From Callorhinchus milii (lineage: Eukaryota), in assembly GCF_018977255.1 (NCBI RefSeq), contig NW_024704743.1, positions 6,076,001 to 6,140,000 of the forward strand: a DNA stretch of 64,000 nucleotides, given 5' to 3'. The notes beneath the pieces are model-generated. The model was not told the DNA's origin. It saw only the letters and a program-made list of their open reading frames with translations, and did not search any database. A program made the translations under genes and the position numbers. How positions within the stretch are numbered: the first letter of the stretch is position 1; each line of letters starts with the position of its first letter. Positions 27,143-39,510 of this stretch are shown here, piece after piece.

Positions 27143-27712
27143 CTAACTCCTTGGCTCCCGCCAACGTCTTCTATCTTCCAGCTCTGACCTCCTCAACCTC
27201 GCCGGCCTATCCTTGGACTCACCAAACCTGTGCATAACCTCGGCATCAGGTTCGACCGACAGCTGCCCTTCTTTCCCCACATCCAGTGCCTGACCAGGAA
27301 CTCCTTCCTCCACCTCCGCCACACTGCCCGCACCTCCAACCGTACCTTGCCCGAGACGGAACCAAAACACTCGTCCACGCATTCATCGCCTCCCGACTCG
27401 ACTTCTCAAATGCCCTCTCTGCCGGTCTCCTCAGCTCCACCATACACAGGATCCAGCTGATCCAAAACTCCGCCGCCCGCATACACACCCTCACAAAACT
27501 CCGTACCCCCATCACACCAGTTCTAGTCTGGCTCCCTATCGCTGAACAGATCGATTTCAAGATCCTCACACTCAAATCCTTACAAGTTCTGGAACATTCT
27601 TCCTCTATCTCTCCGTTGTTCTCGTTCCTTCCCCCATCTTCAGATAGTACCTAAAGACCTTCCTTTTCGAGGGTGACTACAATGGGCGCTACATAAATGG
27701 AAGTTGTTGTTG
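27143..27712 (+). mobile_element. L2 LINE RT C-terminal fragment
   Basis: NLGIRFD, LVHAFIASRLDFSNAL, IQLIQNSAAR, IDFKIL. Confidence 0.8.
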
Positions 27713-27854
27713 TAAGAGCGCGGGAGTGGGAATAGTTGGTAGCTCTTTCAGAGCCGTCACAGGCACAATAGGCCAAATGGCCTCCTGCTGTGCTCTAAGA
27801 TTCTACGAGGTCTTACACACTGTTTGCACTTCAGCGGTTCCTCAGGTAACTCAC

Positions 27855-29183
27855 CTGATACGTTCCAGCCGCTCTGAGCAGTACACGAGACGCAGCGTTG
27901 ACCTGCGCAGGAGTAGTAGTTCCGGTGCAGACCGACATGTCTACAGAGTCCAAGCTCATCCCGGTGGGAACGGACAGATTCGAATTGTATATGGGGCTGC
28001 AGTAGCTCCGGAATACCACCGCGGACTTCTTTTGGCCCGCAGTCAGGGCGCTGGGGCGGAAGGAAGCTTTGGCGCTGGGGCACATTTCCCCCGAGTGTTT
28101 CACGCACTGATCGCTGTCCGTGAGGTGGGTTTGCTTTGCAGTCGAATAACCAGCAAAAGGCAACGCGTGGCACGGGAGGTAGGGGGAGAGCTCGTCTTTA
28201 GCCGCACCCGCCTCAAACAAACCGTCTTTGGGGCTTTTGTCTGGCCGCAACGACGGCTTCTCCAATTGGGTTTCTGTGAAGGAGGCGTCTTGAGCTGAGG
28301 AGTCTGAGTACATGCTCAGGCTCCGCTTCAGACTACGGTCGTTCTCATCAGTCAGGAAGCTGCAATTCATGGCGTCTTTACCCTCCTCTTTGTCGCAGTG
28401 CTCGTCCAGCTCACTCAGCAGATTCTTGGCCAGGGACGGGACTTTCAACAGGTCAGTTGTCGTCTTTCCGGCCGGGTGGTCGCTACTCTCGACACGACCA
28501 CCCCTTTTCCCGGGACTCTCACAGTTCCTTGTCAGCGAACCTAACATGAGTGTCTGGATCTCCCTGGTCAGGCCAGTGCTGTTGCTGGGAATGGGACTGG
28601 GTTGCAAGTCGGGGATGTGGCAGCCGCGACTATACTCCGCGTTCTTCTTCTTGCTCCGCGAGGTGAAGGAGAACGGGCTCTGGTCCACCTGATCGAAACC
28701 CCTCTTGGCTTCATTTCTTGGCCCTGGGCTTTTCCGCAAGTCGTCGAGCGACGATTTCACCTCGCGCCCCGGCACATCTAAACCGGCCAATTGGCCGGGG
28801 TCTTCCCGAGCGGAGACGCACAAGCTGACGTTGGCGGAGTTTTCCAATATCTCGGCCAGCCAGGGAGGCGAGCGGTTAAGGCCACAAAGGCCGGGCGCCT
28901 CTTGTTGGTTCACCTCGGCTGAAGGCCGAGGCTTCTGCAGATCGGGCCGGACCACGTTTTCATACAGGCATTTCCTGACCAGACACTTGGCCGCAGCATT
29001 GATGAAAGGGGTGGCCTGGATCTGCTGCTCGGCTCCGCTCTGCGGGCTGATCTCGTTCTCCATCGGCGAGACCACGAACTCGAGATCTCTTTTGGAACTG
29101 GCGAGGCCGTTCTTCTGGAGCAAGTTCCCTGCCACCGCTTTCCTGGCTCCCAGCTCAGCGAGGGGCTGTACAGTCTCCGGGTC
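27855..29183 (-). CDS. MASTL: MASTL exon 8 (large non-conserved middle region)
   Basis: 1329-nt open frame, ttcacag| and CAG|gtgagt, phase 0->0; contains STGLTREI, LAKNLLSEL, VVFRSYCS Greatwall motifs. Confidence 0.92.
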
Positions 29184-30194
29184 CTGTGAAGATCAATCAA
29201 AAATCTGAAAACCAAAGGCAAAGCGTGCACACTGCACCCCGGCACCATGAGGAGTTATATATGCGAAGGCGAGCATCTTGAAATTAATCTCCTCTCAGAT
29301 CCTTCTCTGACCAAGAACCAAATTCCGTTTTGACGTAAGATTATTCGGGTCAAAACCAAATCCGCTTAATTAATAATGATCCTTGCCTGATCATGTCATT
29401 GAGACATCTCAAAACGCTTCACAGAATATGCTGTAAAGTGTATTTACTGTATATTTTGTGGACCAAACGCCCACCATGATCTAGTTCCTTTTAACGACCA
29501 CATCCACTGCCTGTGACAACTTTCTTTTAAAAAAAGGCACAAATAGGTTTGTCTTCATAATAATAATACTTATATTCGAATAAAGTGTTTTGCTACATTG
29601 TCACAAGTCAGGCCTGTATAGATATCCTCCCTCTTCTCCCATGGACTCTGGGTTCATCAGCTTTTACTGCTCAATGAATCACAACTGGGGGATGGCGATA
29701 GGGGTAAGAGAGAGAAAGATGCGGTACGAGAAAAAATGCTGCCAACTGCGTAATGGTTACCTTTTTGTAAAAACCTGCATGGTTTACCCTAACTCAATTC
29801 TGCTTTTCCTCCTCGGAGTCAGAATGGTCTAAGAGTACACTCCAATGTAGGGGTGGGTTGGTGAGTAGGGGTTTCATTGTTGGGAAGTGTCCTTTGGATG
29901 AGATGTAAAACAGCTAAAAACTTGCCAGACTATGCATTGCAACCTATATGGTTTTTGCTGGTTAAACAAGGAACACGGAAAGAACACTCTGGGGAACCCA
30001 AACGTGCACTCCCAAATAATGCCCTCTGGAATGAAGTCAGCCGGGTACGTCCATCCAGGGAGAGAGAGCGCATTCCAGAACAGGGAAAATGTAATGTGTA
30101 GGTGGCACATGTAGATGGAATTCCCGGTTTGGTTTGGATACTCTTAAGCATGCTGAAGGAGTTTCCGCATGTGCCAGACACCCGGCTGATCCCG

Positions 30195-31355
30195 GACAGA
30201 GTAAATCTCTATTTAGAGGAACGTGGGGTAATTAGAGACAGCCAACATGGATTTGTTAAAGGCAAATCTTGCCTAACAAATCTAACAGAATTTTTTGAAG
30301 AGGTGACTGCGAGGGTTGATGAGGGAAATGCGGTAGACGTTATTTACATGGATTTCAAAAAGGCTTTTGACACAATACTGCATAAGAGATTAATAAAAAA
30401 ATTAGTGGCCCACGGTATTAAGGGGATTAAGGGCAGTTTGGATTAAGAAATGGCTGAGTGACAGCAGGGAGAGGGTGGTGGATAATGGGTGTTTCTCGAA
30501 ATGGAAGGAGGTGTGCAGCGGTGTCCCCCAGGGATCGGTATTGGGACCACTGCTCTTTCTAATATATATTAATGATCTGGACTTGGGCACAGAGAGCACT
30601 ATTTCCAAGTTTGCAGATGATACAAAGTTAGGTTGGGTAGTAAATAGTGAGGAGGACTGTAACCAACTGCAAGCAGACATACACAGAATGGCGGAATGGG
30701 CTGACATGTGGCAGATGGATTTCAATGTGGATAAGTGTGAGGTGATACACTTAGGTAGCAATAATGATAGGAGGCAATATAGACTTGATAGCTCAATCTT
30801 AAGGGGGGTGAACGTACAGAGAGATCTGGGTGTTCAAGTAAGCGAATCATTAAAGGTAGCGGGGCAGGTAGATAAGGCAGTAAAAAAGGCATTTGGTGTA
30901 CTGAGCTTCATTAGTAGGGGCATAGAGTATAAGAGCAGGGAGGTTATGCTTAATCTATACAAAACACTGGTTAGGCCTCAGCTGGAGTACAGTTCTGGGC
31001 ACCTTACTTCAGGAAGGACATTAAGGCACTGGAAATGGTGCAGAGGAGATTCACGAGAATGATACCAGGAATGGGGAACCTTAGCTATGAGGACAGACTG
31101 GAGAAGTTAGGACTTCTTTTTNCTTCACTCAGCGAGTTGTTCGAATTTGGAATGATCTGCCTGAAAGGGTAGTGAAGTCCAATTCAATAACAGCTTTTAA
31201 GAGAGAACTGGATAGGTATCTGGGGAAGACGGGTTTGCAGGATTATGGGGAGAAAGCTGGTGATTGGGGTTAGTGAAAGTGACTTGCTCTGTCAAAGAGC
31301 CGGCACAGACTCGATGGGACGAATGGCTTCCTTCTGTGCCGTAACATTCTATGAA
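30195..31355 (+). mobile_element. 5'-truncated CR1 LINE, RT domain, frameshifted
   Basis: SQHGFVKGKSCLTNL, YMDFKKAFD, SGVPQGSVLGP, SKFADDTKL, LYKTLVRPQLEY; 3' end gatgggacgaatggcttccttctgtgccgtaacattctatg. Confidence 0.93.
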
Positions 31356-32032
31356 TCAAATCAGAAACACCTCCCCTTTTCCAAGAATCGTCCGAAAATA
31401 TGGACGGTAGGGTTTGAGTAAACACAGGCACGGATTTCCCAAAGGCTTTCCAAAATGAGTGCTAGGCAGCAATGAAAATGCTTTACCAAGAGTGTAATGC
31501 AGCAGCAAAGCGTGTTTCACTCTTGGCAAATAAAAGTATATTTTTACGTGAAAATCCCATTAACTCCCGAGGTCAGGAACAGTTGCGGTGGTAGACTGGC
31601 AGGGAGTAGGTCGGCTTGGAAGCTGAGGCGAGATGATAGGAGTTGCATGAAAAGTTGGGAGTAGGTCAGGTAGAGCCACAAATTGCAAAGCAAGTAAAAC
31701 AAGATCATGGATTTAGGAGGCGTAAAATATTCACAAGTTGGACTTTTTTTTACACTACATCAGCACATTAGCTGGTCACTGGGGTTGATGAACTTGCGGG
31801 AGGGGGAAGGGAGGAGGCGATCAGGATTTCATCTACAAACTACACAATCACTACCCTTTACCCTGTGAAATGCTTTGGGTCATCCTCCCAATGTGAGAGG
31901 AGCTGTATCAAGTGTAAAAATTATTATTGTCACAAAGGTTGGGTTTTCTGAGCATCGAGAGTTCAATCGACTAAACTAAAAACTTTTATAAGCAACATTT
32001 TTTTTTGAATTCTTAATGAATGTAGTAACATA

Positions 32033-32362
32033 CCCTTGCATTTGATATAGCGTCTTATATTGTTGAGATGTCTCAAAGAGCTTTCCCTAGGAATATATTC
32101 CAGTGAAATGACTGTATTTTGTGGGCAAAACGCAGCAGCCAACTGCGCAGTGTCCCACAAACAGCCATAGATAGAGTGGTCAAATCTTTTTTGTTGGTGG
32201 TGGGTGGTTCGGGGGCGATTTGGAGGGATTATTACTCCCAGAAAGTGATCCGACTAACAACCAGGCTCCTGCTTACTGTCAGGTAAACGGAGGCATATGG
32301 AATCAACCTGTGTCCTCTCGCTTGCGAGGAGAGCGCACTAACCGCTTCGCTACAGGACTCCA
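32033..32362 (-). mobile_element. tRNA-Ala-headed SINE, long subfamily
   Basis: Reverse complement of ggagtcctgtagcgaagcggttagtgcgctctcctcgcaagcgag head, body and tail. Confidence 0.75.
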
Positions 32363-32417
32363 TAAATGATCAAAATACAGTGGCTAGGAACGTACCCGAG
32401 ACTTGGCAAACACTAAC

Positions 32418-32590
32418 CTGTAGGTCGTTTTCCCACTGTGGACTGTTCAAACATCCTGCCTCTGTGCTGGAGGGAAATATACGTGATTGACTGCTGCCAC
32501 TTGACATCCCAAGCATTTTATTTGGCTGAATGAATTCCGGAGTCAGATATTTGACTGGCATACACTGGTTACAAGAAGAGCTGTCAACAC
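32418..32590 (-). CDS. MASTL: MASTL exon 7
   Basis: VDSSSCNQCMPVKYLT...SSGSSQS...SPQWENDLQ; ttgtag| and |gttagt, phase 1->0. Confidence 0.9.
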
Positions 32591-33517
32591 CTACAAAAGG
32601 CAAACACAAAATTCATAATCACAATTGCTAAATAGTACTTTCATTTGATAAAGTGAGAGGAGTGAGATTCTGGAGGAAGAACAAATTATCTATAGTGAAT
32701 CTTTGAAACTAGAAAATTAAAGTCACTGCTAATATTGATGTAGTGTAAGCAACTTCAAGAGGACACAGGGCACTATGTAACTGCAATGTTAAATAAGACA
32801 TATGTTAAATGGTAAAATTTTACAAGAAATTGAAGTGCAGAGAGATCAATGGGTTAACATGCAGAGATATTTAAATATAGGAAGGCAAGTGGACAAAGCT
32901 GTGAAGAAAACTTTGGGATCCCAAGTTTTATAAATAGGGGCTGATATTATAAAATCAAAGAGGTGAGGTTTAGCTTGTATAAATCATAACTTAGATTGCA
33001 GTTAGACCTTTGCGTAATGAGTTACTTTGATGCTTAATGAGTGCTTTGAAGGCAAACACAGCAGCCAATCTATGCCAGCAACATCTCATGAACAATAAGT
33101 GATACTTGGTTATTTGGTCAGGATACCAAACAAACTCTCCACTCCCTCTGGAACTCCATCCCAGAATCCCTCCACTTTGTCCCCTCCCTAGCCTCCTTGA
33201 AGGCACGTCTCAAGACCGTCCTGTTTGGTTGTGCTTTCGGCCATCCTCCCATCCCCTCCACTCCTCTTGATTCCAACCCTCAACTTGGATGGAAACCCTT
33301 ATCTGTCCAGCATCTTGGGACTTCCTTCCGATGTAAAAGGCGCAATATAAATGTAATTTGTTGTTGTTGTCTTCAACATAGCGCCATGGGATGTTCAAAG
33401 CCCATCCAACATGGGATAAAGGACCTCAATTTAACATCTCACTTGAATTCTACAGAGCTATGGGATTGTTAGTCACTTATGAATTTTTTGCTTTTGTTTC
33501 ACTTTTGTTACACATAC

Positions 33518-33689
33518 CAGATAGCAAGCAATAACTGCTTTTCAAGCCCTTTGCCTTCAATCCTTCCTTATACCCTTTGACACTCTGTGGCAAAGAACAG
33601 TACGATCCAAGAGAGAGATGGCTAGTGTCACACACCATAGGGCTTATCGATGGCGATGCAACTTTATTCTTCCCTCCCGCTGGTGTGTT
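33518..33689 (-). CDS. MASTL: MASTL exon 6
   Basis: NTPAGGKNKVASPSISPMV...YCLLS; gtttag| and G|gtatgt, 172 nt, phase 0->1. Confidence 0.85.
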
Positions 33690-33833
33690 CTAAACAGGAA
33701 GATGTGCACACTATTAGAAGCAGGCAAAAATCGAATGGTTAGATGACTGAGAAATAATTGCCACGAATAGGTGACTTGACCATGGTAACCCAATGTCTGT
33801 GGAGACCTCATTGAATTCCACGGCTCCACTAAA

Positions 33834-33962
33834 NNNNNNNNNNNNNNNNNNNNNNNNNNNNNNNNNNNNNNNNNNNNNNNNNNNNNNNNNNNNNNNNNNN
33901 NNNNNNNNNNNNNNNNNNNNNNNNNNNNNNNNNNNNNNNNNNNNNNNNNNNNNNNNNNNNNN
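33834..33962. other. Assembly gap (129 N) in MASTL intron 5
   Basis: Run of N at a SINE tail; flanking exon phases leave no exon missing. Confidence 0.98.
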
Positions 33963-34263
33963 TTGCATTTGATATAGCGCTTTTCACGTCGGGAGGATGT
34001 CCCAAAGCGCTTCACAGAATATACTGTAAAGTGAATTGACTGTATATTTGTAGGCGAACACGGCAGCCAATTGCGCACAGCAATGTCCCACAAACAGTCG
34101 TAGATTGAAAATGACCAATTTATTATTGTTTTTTGGAGGGATTATTATCAGGATCTGTGTGGAGTAAGGAAACTTGCCCAAGGTTTCGCCCTGTGCCTGG
34201 AATTGAACCCAGGTGTCTCGCTTGCAAAGCGAGTGCTCTAACCACTGAGCTACAGGACTCCAC
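33963..34263 (-). mobile_element. tRNA-Ala-headed SINE, short young subfamily
   Basis: Box A TAGCTCAGTGG, TGC anticodon loop, box B GGTTCAATTCC; near-identical to 39842 and 60312 copies. Confidence 0.85.
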
Positions 34264-34581
34264 ACAGGACTTGGTGTGTGTGTGTGTATGTATATATATA
34301 TATACACATACATACACACACAAAGAAGTTATTTGAATTCCCCAAATAAATAACAGGAACTAGTAAGATTACAAGTAGTTTTTTTTGGGGGGAGGAGAAA
34401 AATGTAATTTGTGTTTGGTGTTTGCCCATGGCTGGCCCACTCGCTTCCTGAAACCTGTCTGCTTTTTGCGCTAAAATGGCCAAATTCCAAGTCATTAGGT
34501 CGTTGTCAACATCACTTTATGCTTCCTACTGTAATACAACCAACATACATTGTGTTAAATTATAACAGAATCAATACTTAC

Positions 34582-34688
34582 AAACCCCAGGGAACTGATT
34601 AAAGACAAAATCTGGCCTGGAGTACGATAGTAGTCAAAGTTTGGGTTAACCATGGATGGCGTATTGAGGATATCCATCATGTTTATCT
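34582..34688 (-). CDS. MASTL: MASTL exon 5
   Basis: EINMMDILNTPSMVNPNFDYYRTPGQILSLISSLGF; ctaag| and |gtaagt. Confidence 0.95.
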
Positions 34689-34929
34689 CTTAGAAACAAA
34701 AACATCAGAATTGTAGATATTAATTCACTAAATTGAGCAGAATTATGGTCATTTGAACTAAATACAGCACATTTCTTAATAAAAAGCATGTTTTAAACTC
34801 GCAGGTTCAGCATTGCAATAAAGTCTCAATTACTACATTGTCGCCTACAAAATACAAAGTCACAATACTTTACAGTAAATGCTGTGACGTGTTTTGAGAC
34901 ATCGGCCCAGCCTGAAAGGCTCCATGTCA

Positions 34930-35148
<219 letters not shown>

Positions 35149-35383
35149 TCATAGATTCTCCCTCTTTATTCCTAAGGTTTGTGGCTGACCCACAGAGAGC
35201 CCAGGTTTAGGATAGGGCAAGCCGAAGTCAAAATCGTATTGATGCCAATAACAGTAAGAAAATGGTCAAATATGGCAGTTTCATCTCAATAACCAAGGTT
35301 AGATTGCTAAGAATTGAAGGTTTTATGAAACATTGTTTTATGTACTGAATTTTTTTTTTTAAAAGTCTTAATTCAATCTTTAC

Positions 35384-35523
35384 CTGTGAATAATACCATG
35401 TCTATGCAGATAATCCAGAGCCATAGCAACCTCAGCGATGTATATAATGGCCATGTCTTCGTCAAAATATCCATAAATATGGAGCAGAGACTTCATATCC
35501 CCACCAATAAGGTACTCCATCAG
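35384..35523 (-). CDS. MASTL: MASTL exon 3
   Basis: [22 protein letters not shown]...[13 protein letters not shown]. Confidence 0.97.
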
Positions 35524-35944
35524 CTGAGGAAATAAGACATTTAGATTTTGATCTTGTATTGTAATTTTATTAGGCAACAGAATATCATAAAGTCTGAGAC
35601 AAAGACTATCACGCTGCAACACCGACAATATGGATTAGTGGCTGGCTAAAGGGAACGAAGCAAAGGATTAGTTGTTCAAGGAGCCACAATGAATTGGAGA
35701 AGGTTTATTAATGGGCTGCTTAGGGATTGGTACTGAGACCCCTTATGTTTCTTGCGTCTACCAATGACCTGGATTCAAAGATGGTGCAAGGTAGTTATAT
35801 TTCTGTGGGAAAGAATACAGACTACTGAGTTTATGATGATTTGGAGTTGTTGGAGGTTGAGGAGCTCCTGGATAACATACGACACACCTCACAGGGCTGG
35901 GTACATTGGGTGTCACCATCACTGCCTCATTTTTGACGATAGGT

Positions 35945-36020
35945 AATTTACCTGAAACGTTTTCCTCTCTCTATTGACGCTGCCTGACCTGCTGCATGTT
36001 CCTAGCGACTCTTGTCTTTA
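35945..36020 (+). repeat. Penelope-like terminal repeat fragment
   Basis: cctgaaacgtt...gacgctgcctgacctgctg; inverted homolog at 62717-62800; family assignment from recall. Confidence 0.45.
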
Positions 36021-36256
36021 TATCACTGCCTCATTCCCTCTTCTTTATCTATCTTTAAATCCCACTTTAAGACCGGCATCTACACCCGCACCTAGTCCCC
36101 TCCCCTTCCTCCGTTGCTTAGCCACTGTTGCAGAGATGGAGGAAAGCAGACTTTCGAAGCTGGCTTCCCGTACCCTTCACTATTCCTCCTCTTCAGTCAC
36201 CTATTTAATTCCCTTTTAAAATAATTGACGGACTCTGCCTTAGTTAGGATACTTAC

Positions 36257-36394
36257 AAGGTAAACATTGTTGGCAGACTGTAGAGAATAGTACAAGTGCA
36301 CAATGAAAGGGCTTTTACTAAGGGCCAGAGCAGCTCTCTCTGCCTGCAGCTGATGCACCATGTTTTTATGGATCAGATCAGCTTTCTTGACAAC
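36257..36394 (-). CDS. MASTL: MASTL exon 2
   Basis: [46 protein letters not shown]; ccatag| and |gtaagt. Confidence 0.96.
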
Positions 36395-37689
36395 CTATGG
36401 ATAGAGAGGAAAAGGAGTTATTTTAAAAAATCTTCATTAACAAAAAGAAATTATGTACAAAAAAAATCACCAGATCACCATCAGATGTATTCTTTGCCAA
36501 CCACCTTGTCAGCTTTCAGCCAAAGAGGACCTGACGAGAGCCCAGCACAAACATAACTCTTCTCCCAGCACGCAGGAGCCTAGGCACAACCCAGTGGGAG
36601 ATTGAGCCTGACTTGGGGCTTGAACCCATAACATTTGGCTCAGAGAGTGTTACCAAGTGAGCCAGGCTGACAACCAACTATGAAACACATATCCAGGTTT
36701 CTCCACAGTCCTCGAGGTGGCAGCCACTGCTGAATTGGGCTCTGTTCGGTCACCTACTCCCTGCCCCAGCTTGGCGTCAGGTTTTGGCACTATTATGTGC
36801 TCCAAGATGCTGCCCGGCGTGAAGGGCACTATAAAAATGCAAGTTCTCTGCCCAATTCCCATCATGCGTGCGTGAGTTTTCAGAACAAGGTAATGGCTCA
36901 CCTCGATTGCCGGGAATCCCACAGATTGCAGCCTACACTTGATTCAGCTTTCAGCAACACCCTGTTCTGATTGAAACTCAAATGATCCCCAATATTTGAT
37001 CAGCTTTCTTGTTAACTATATGACATTGATACCCTCAGAAAATGGTTAATAATGGCACACAAATCCTGTCCCACCTTATGAAAAATGCTTAAATGCCTGT
37101 TTGGGGGAAACTTGTTTAAAATTATTTTTGGTAGGTGTCTCAAAGTGCTTCACAGGATTTCTACTGAAAATACTGCACCGATTGTGTATTTTGTAGGTGA
37201 ATATGGCAGACAATTTTTTTTTGGGTGGGTGGTCAACCGGATGTCTGACACATGTGAAAATCCATTATCGTGCTTAAGACTATCCAAACTAAACTGAGAT
37301 TTCCGTGCATCCCACCTACACGTGGAAATCCCAGAGATAGATGCACACTCTCTCCCTGGAGGGATGGATCCTACTTACCCAATTCCGAAAAGTATCAGGC
37401 ACAGGTTGGCAAGAGCCAAGGCTTAGGAACCCCAGAGTGAGTGTTGGGATACTCCTGGAGTCTAACAAGATTCAAAAATCACAAAAATCAGGCATACTGT
37501 TTGCCGATTGTGATCGTACAGATGTTTACTTTCTCCGACCTTCCAAAAATCTTGCCCAGATTTTTCTTACAGTTATATAACATACACTGATATAACACCT
37601 TTCACCTTTGCAGTTATCAAAATGTTTGACAATACCAGCTGGAAACCCCAGCTGGGGCTGGGAGCTTTGTCGGGGAAAGATGACTAAAA

Positions 37690-38480
37690 ATACCGTCAAG
37701 ACTCATGTTTTGAGGCAGGTCTTGAACGAGTGGAGAGAGCTGGAGGACCTCCGTGATAGAGTTCCAGAGAGCGGGGACAGAATGGCACAAAGTTTGCCTG
37801 GTGATGTTGGGACATTAAACTGGACTAAGTTCGTCAAACAAAGGGAGTGGCCAGGTTTGAATGGCTGAAGGAGGTTGCAGAGGTAGGGCGGGGCAAGACA
37901 GTGGAGGGATTTAATTGCGAGAACAAGGCTCTTTAACTTGATCAGCCAGGGGATGAGGAGCCAAATAAGGATGGGGTGTCAGGCCCGTGGAGCCTGGTGC
38001 AGAAGAACACTAAATAGACTGCAGCCTGTGTAGGCAACAGCTGGGAAATCCAGTGAGCAGATCTTTGGCGTAGATAAAAGTGTGGATGAGGGTCTCAGCA
38101 GCCCGAGGGGAGAGGCAATGGTAGATGAGGACAATTTCACAACTGAGGTGGGTAGATATTTGTTAGGTAAGGGTATCAAGGGAGATGGGGCAAGGGCGGA
38201 GTTGGAGTTGAGGTACAGATCATCCATGATCCTACAGAATGATGGAACCGGCTCGAGTGGCTGAATGGCCTACTCCTGTGCCTATGTTCCTATCTTCAGA
38301 GATGAGGGAAAGCTGTTAAGAGCGCAGATGTGGGTCAAACAAGACACAGAGTTTCCGCTCCAGCTCTGTGAAGTGGATGTGTATCTGTGCAGGTTGACAT
38401 TGTCAACAAACGCCCGAGGTGCGAAGCTGCCGCCGACTCCGGAGAGAAGCGGGAGAGTCTCTGCCTTGTCGACACCAAAC
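37690..38480 (-). mobile_element. Old L2 fragment with a nested + strand CR1 3' end (about 38130-38295)
   Basis: G-rich antisense L2 sequence interrupted by ggtagatatttgttaggtaagggtatcaaggg...ggctgaatggcctactcctgtgcctatgttcctat. Confidence 0.6.
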
Positions 38481-38749
38481 ATAAGAACGTTGCACTGTTA
38501 AAAATCATTGGAACCGTAAGAAACTACGCACAATGTTATTTGTATTTTTTTTTAAAAAAAAGCAAAGCTAATCCAATTGTGGTCATAGTTGGGGATGAAT
38601 GGCCCTTCGGAATCCAATCAAATACAGTAAAACACACCTTACGGTATCCTGTGAAGCGCTTTGAGACGTCGCGACAATGTGATTAAGCGCTATATCAAAT
38701 GCCAGGATTATTATTATTAATAATAATTATATTATCATTATTAATACTC

Positions 38750-39510
38750 GCCTTCACGGCGTACAGTTTCTTCTCTTCGCCGCCTTTCTTTCGGGCCAGG
38801 TACACTTTACCGAACGCCCCGCGGCTGATGGGCTTCACGACGACGAAGTCCTCGATCCCGGGCGGTTTGGGCACTGTGATGGAGGTCCCGGCCCCGTGCG
38901 GGGGGTCGGCGGGAATGTCGCGCTCACCGGGAACCGCGGCTCCTCCTCCTTCCATGTTCCCGTCCGAACTGAGCGAACATCCCCCGACGTGCGAGTGGAG
39001 CGCAGAGACAATCCCCTTCCGACCCCACACCCCGACCCCCACCGCCGCCGCCCGACCAGCGACCGGACCCCCCAGTGCGGGCGGTACCGGGGCTGGAGCT
39101 GGAGAGACAGTCCCCACCGCCGCCGCTCTCAGGGCCCCAGGACCACACGGTTCAAAAACTTGTTTTGAAAATTCCGCCCTGGTCTGTCCCGCCCTCTCTC
39201 CCGGGTCCCTCCTTCCCGCCCTCCCGGGTCCTTCCTTCCCTCCCGCGCCCTCCCGGGTCCTTCCTTCCCCTTCCGCGCCTGTGCCTCTGCCCCGCGGCGC
39301 CTGACGGTTCAAATAAGACATCGAATTGTTTGTTTGTTTGTATTTATTTCGCGGTTTCAAAAAAAAATGAGGGCTTTGTTTTTTTCTTACTTTGTTGGCG
39401 GCGGCAACTTTTTTTTTCTTTTCTTTTCTCTCCCTCTCCCGAGATTAAATCCGTGTGGATTGTGTGGACGGCGGTGTCCGCGGCGCCGCCTGAGATGAGC
39501 AGCGAAAGGG
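38750..39510 (-). promoter_or_regulatory. MASTL CpG island / promoter with CHR and E2F-like motifs
   Basis: High GC and CpG; TTTGAA/TTCAAA at 39151, 39164, 39308, 39356; TTTCGCGG at 39347. Confidence 0.75.
38752..38955 (-). CDS. MASTL: MASTL exon 1 coding part; GC donor
   Basis: MEGGGAAV...VPKPPGIEDFVVVKPISRGAFGKVYLARKK...LYAVK; ATG in AACATGG context; AAG|GCGAGT donor. Confidence 0.93.

Noticed and set aside
27726-29208. Long + strand ORFs of 190, 126 and 167 aa
   Set aside because: Antisense shadows of GC-rich MASTL exon 8 with no recognisable domain.
30102-31062. Reverse transcriptase ORFs as a novel or domesticated RT system
   Set aside because: Ordinary 5'-truncated CR1 with frameshifts and a standard 3' tail.
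33834-33962. Possible MASTL exon hidden in the N gap
   Set aside because: Exons 5 and 6 join in phase (SLGF|NTP) with nothing missing.
34190-34263. tRNA-Ala-like sequences (also near 40090, 43485, 50240, 60560)
   Set aside because: Each continues into a SINE body and tail; they are SINE heads, not tRNA genes.
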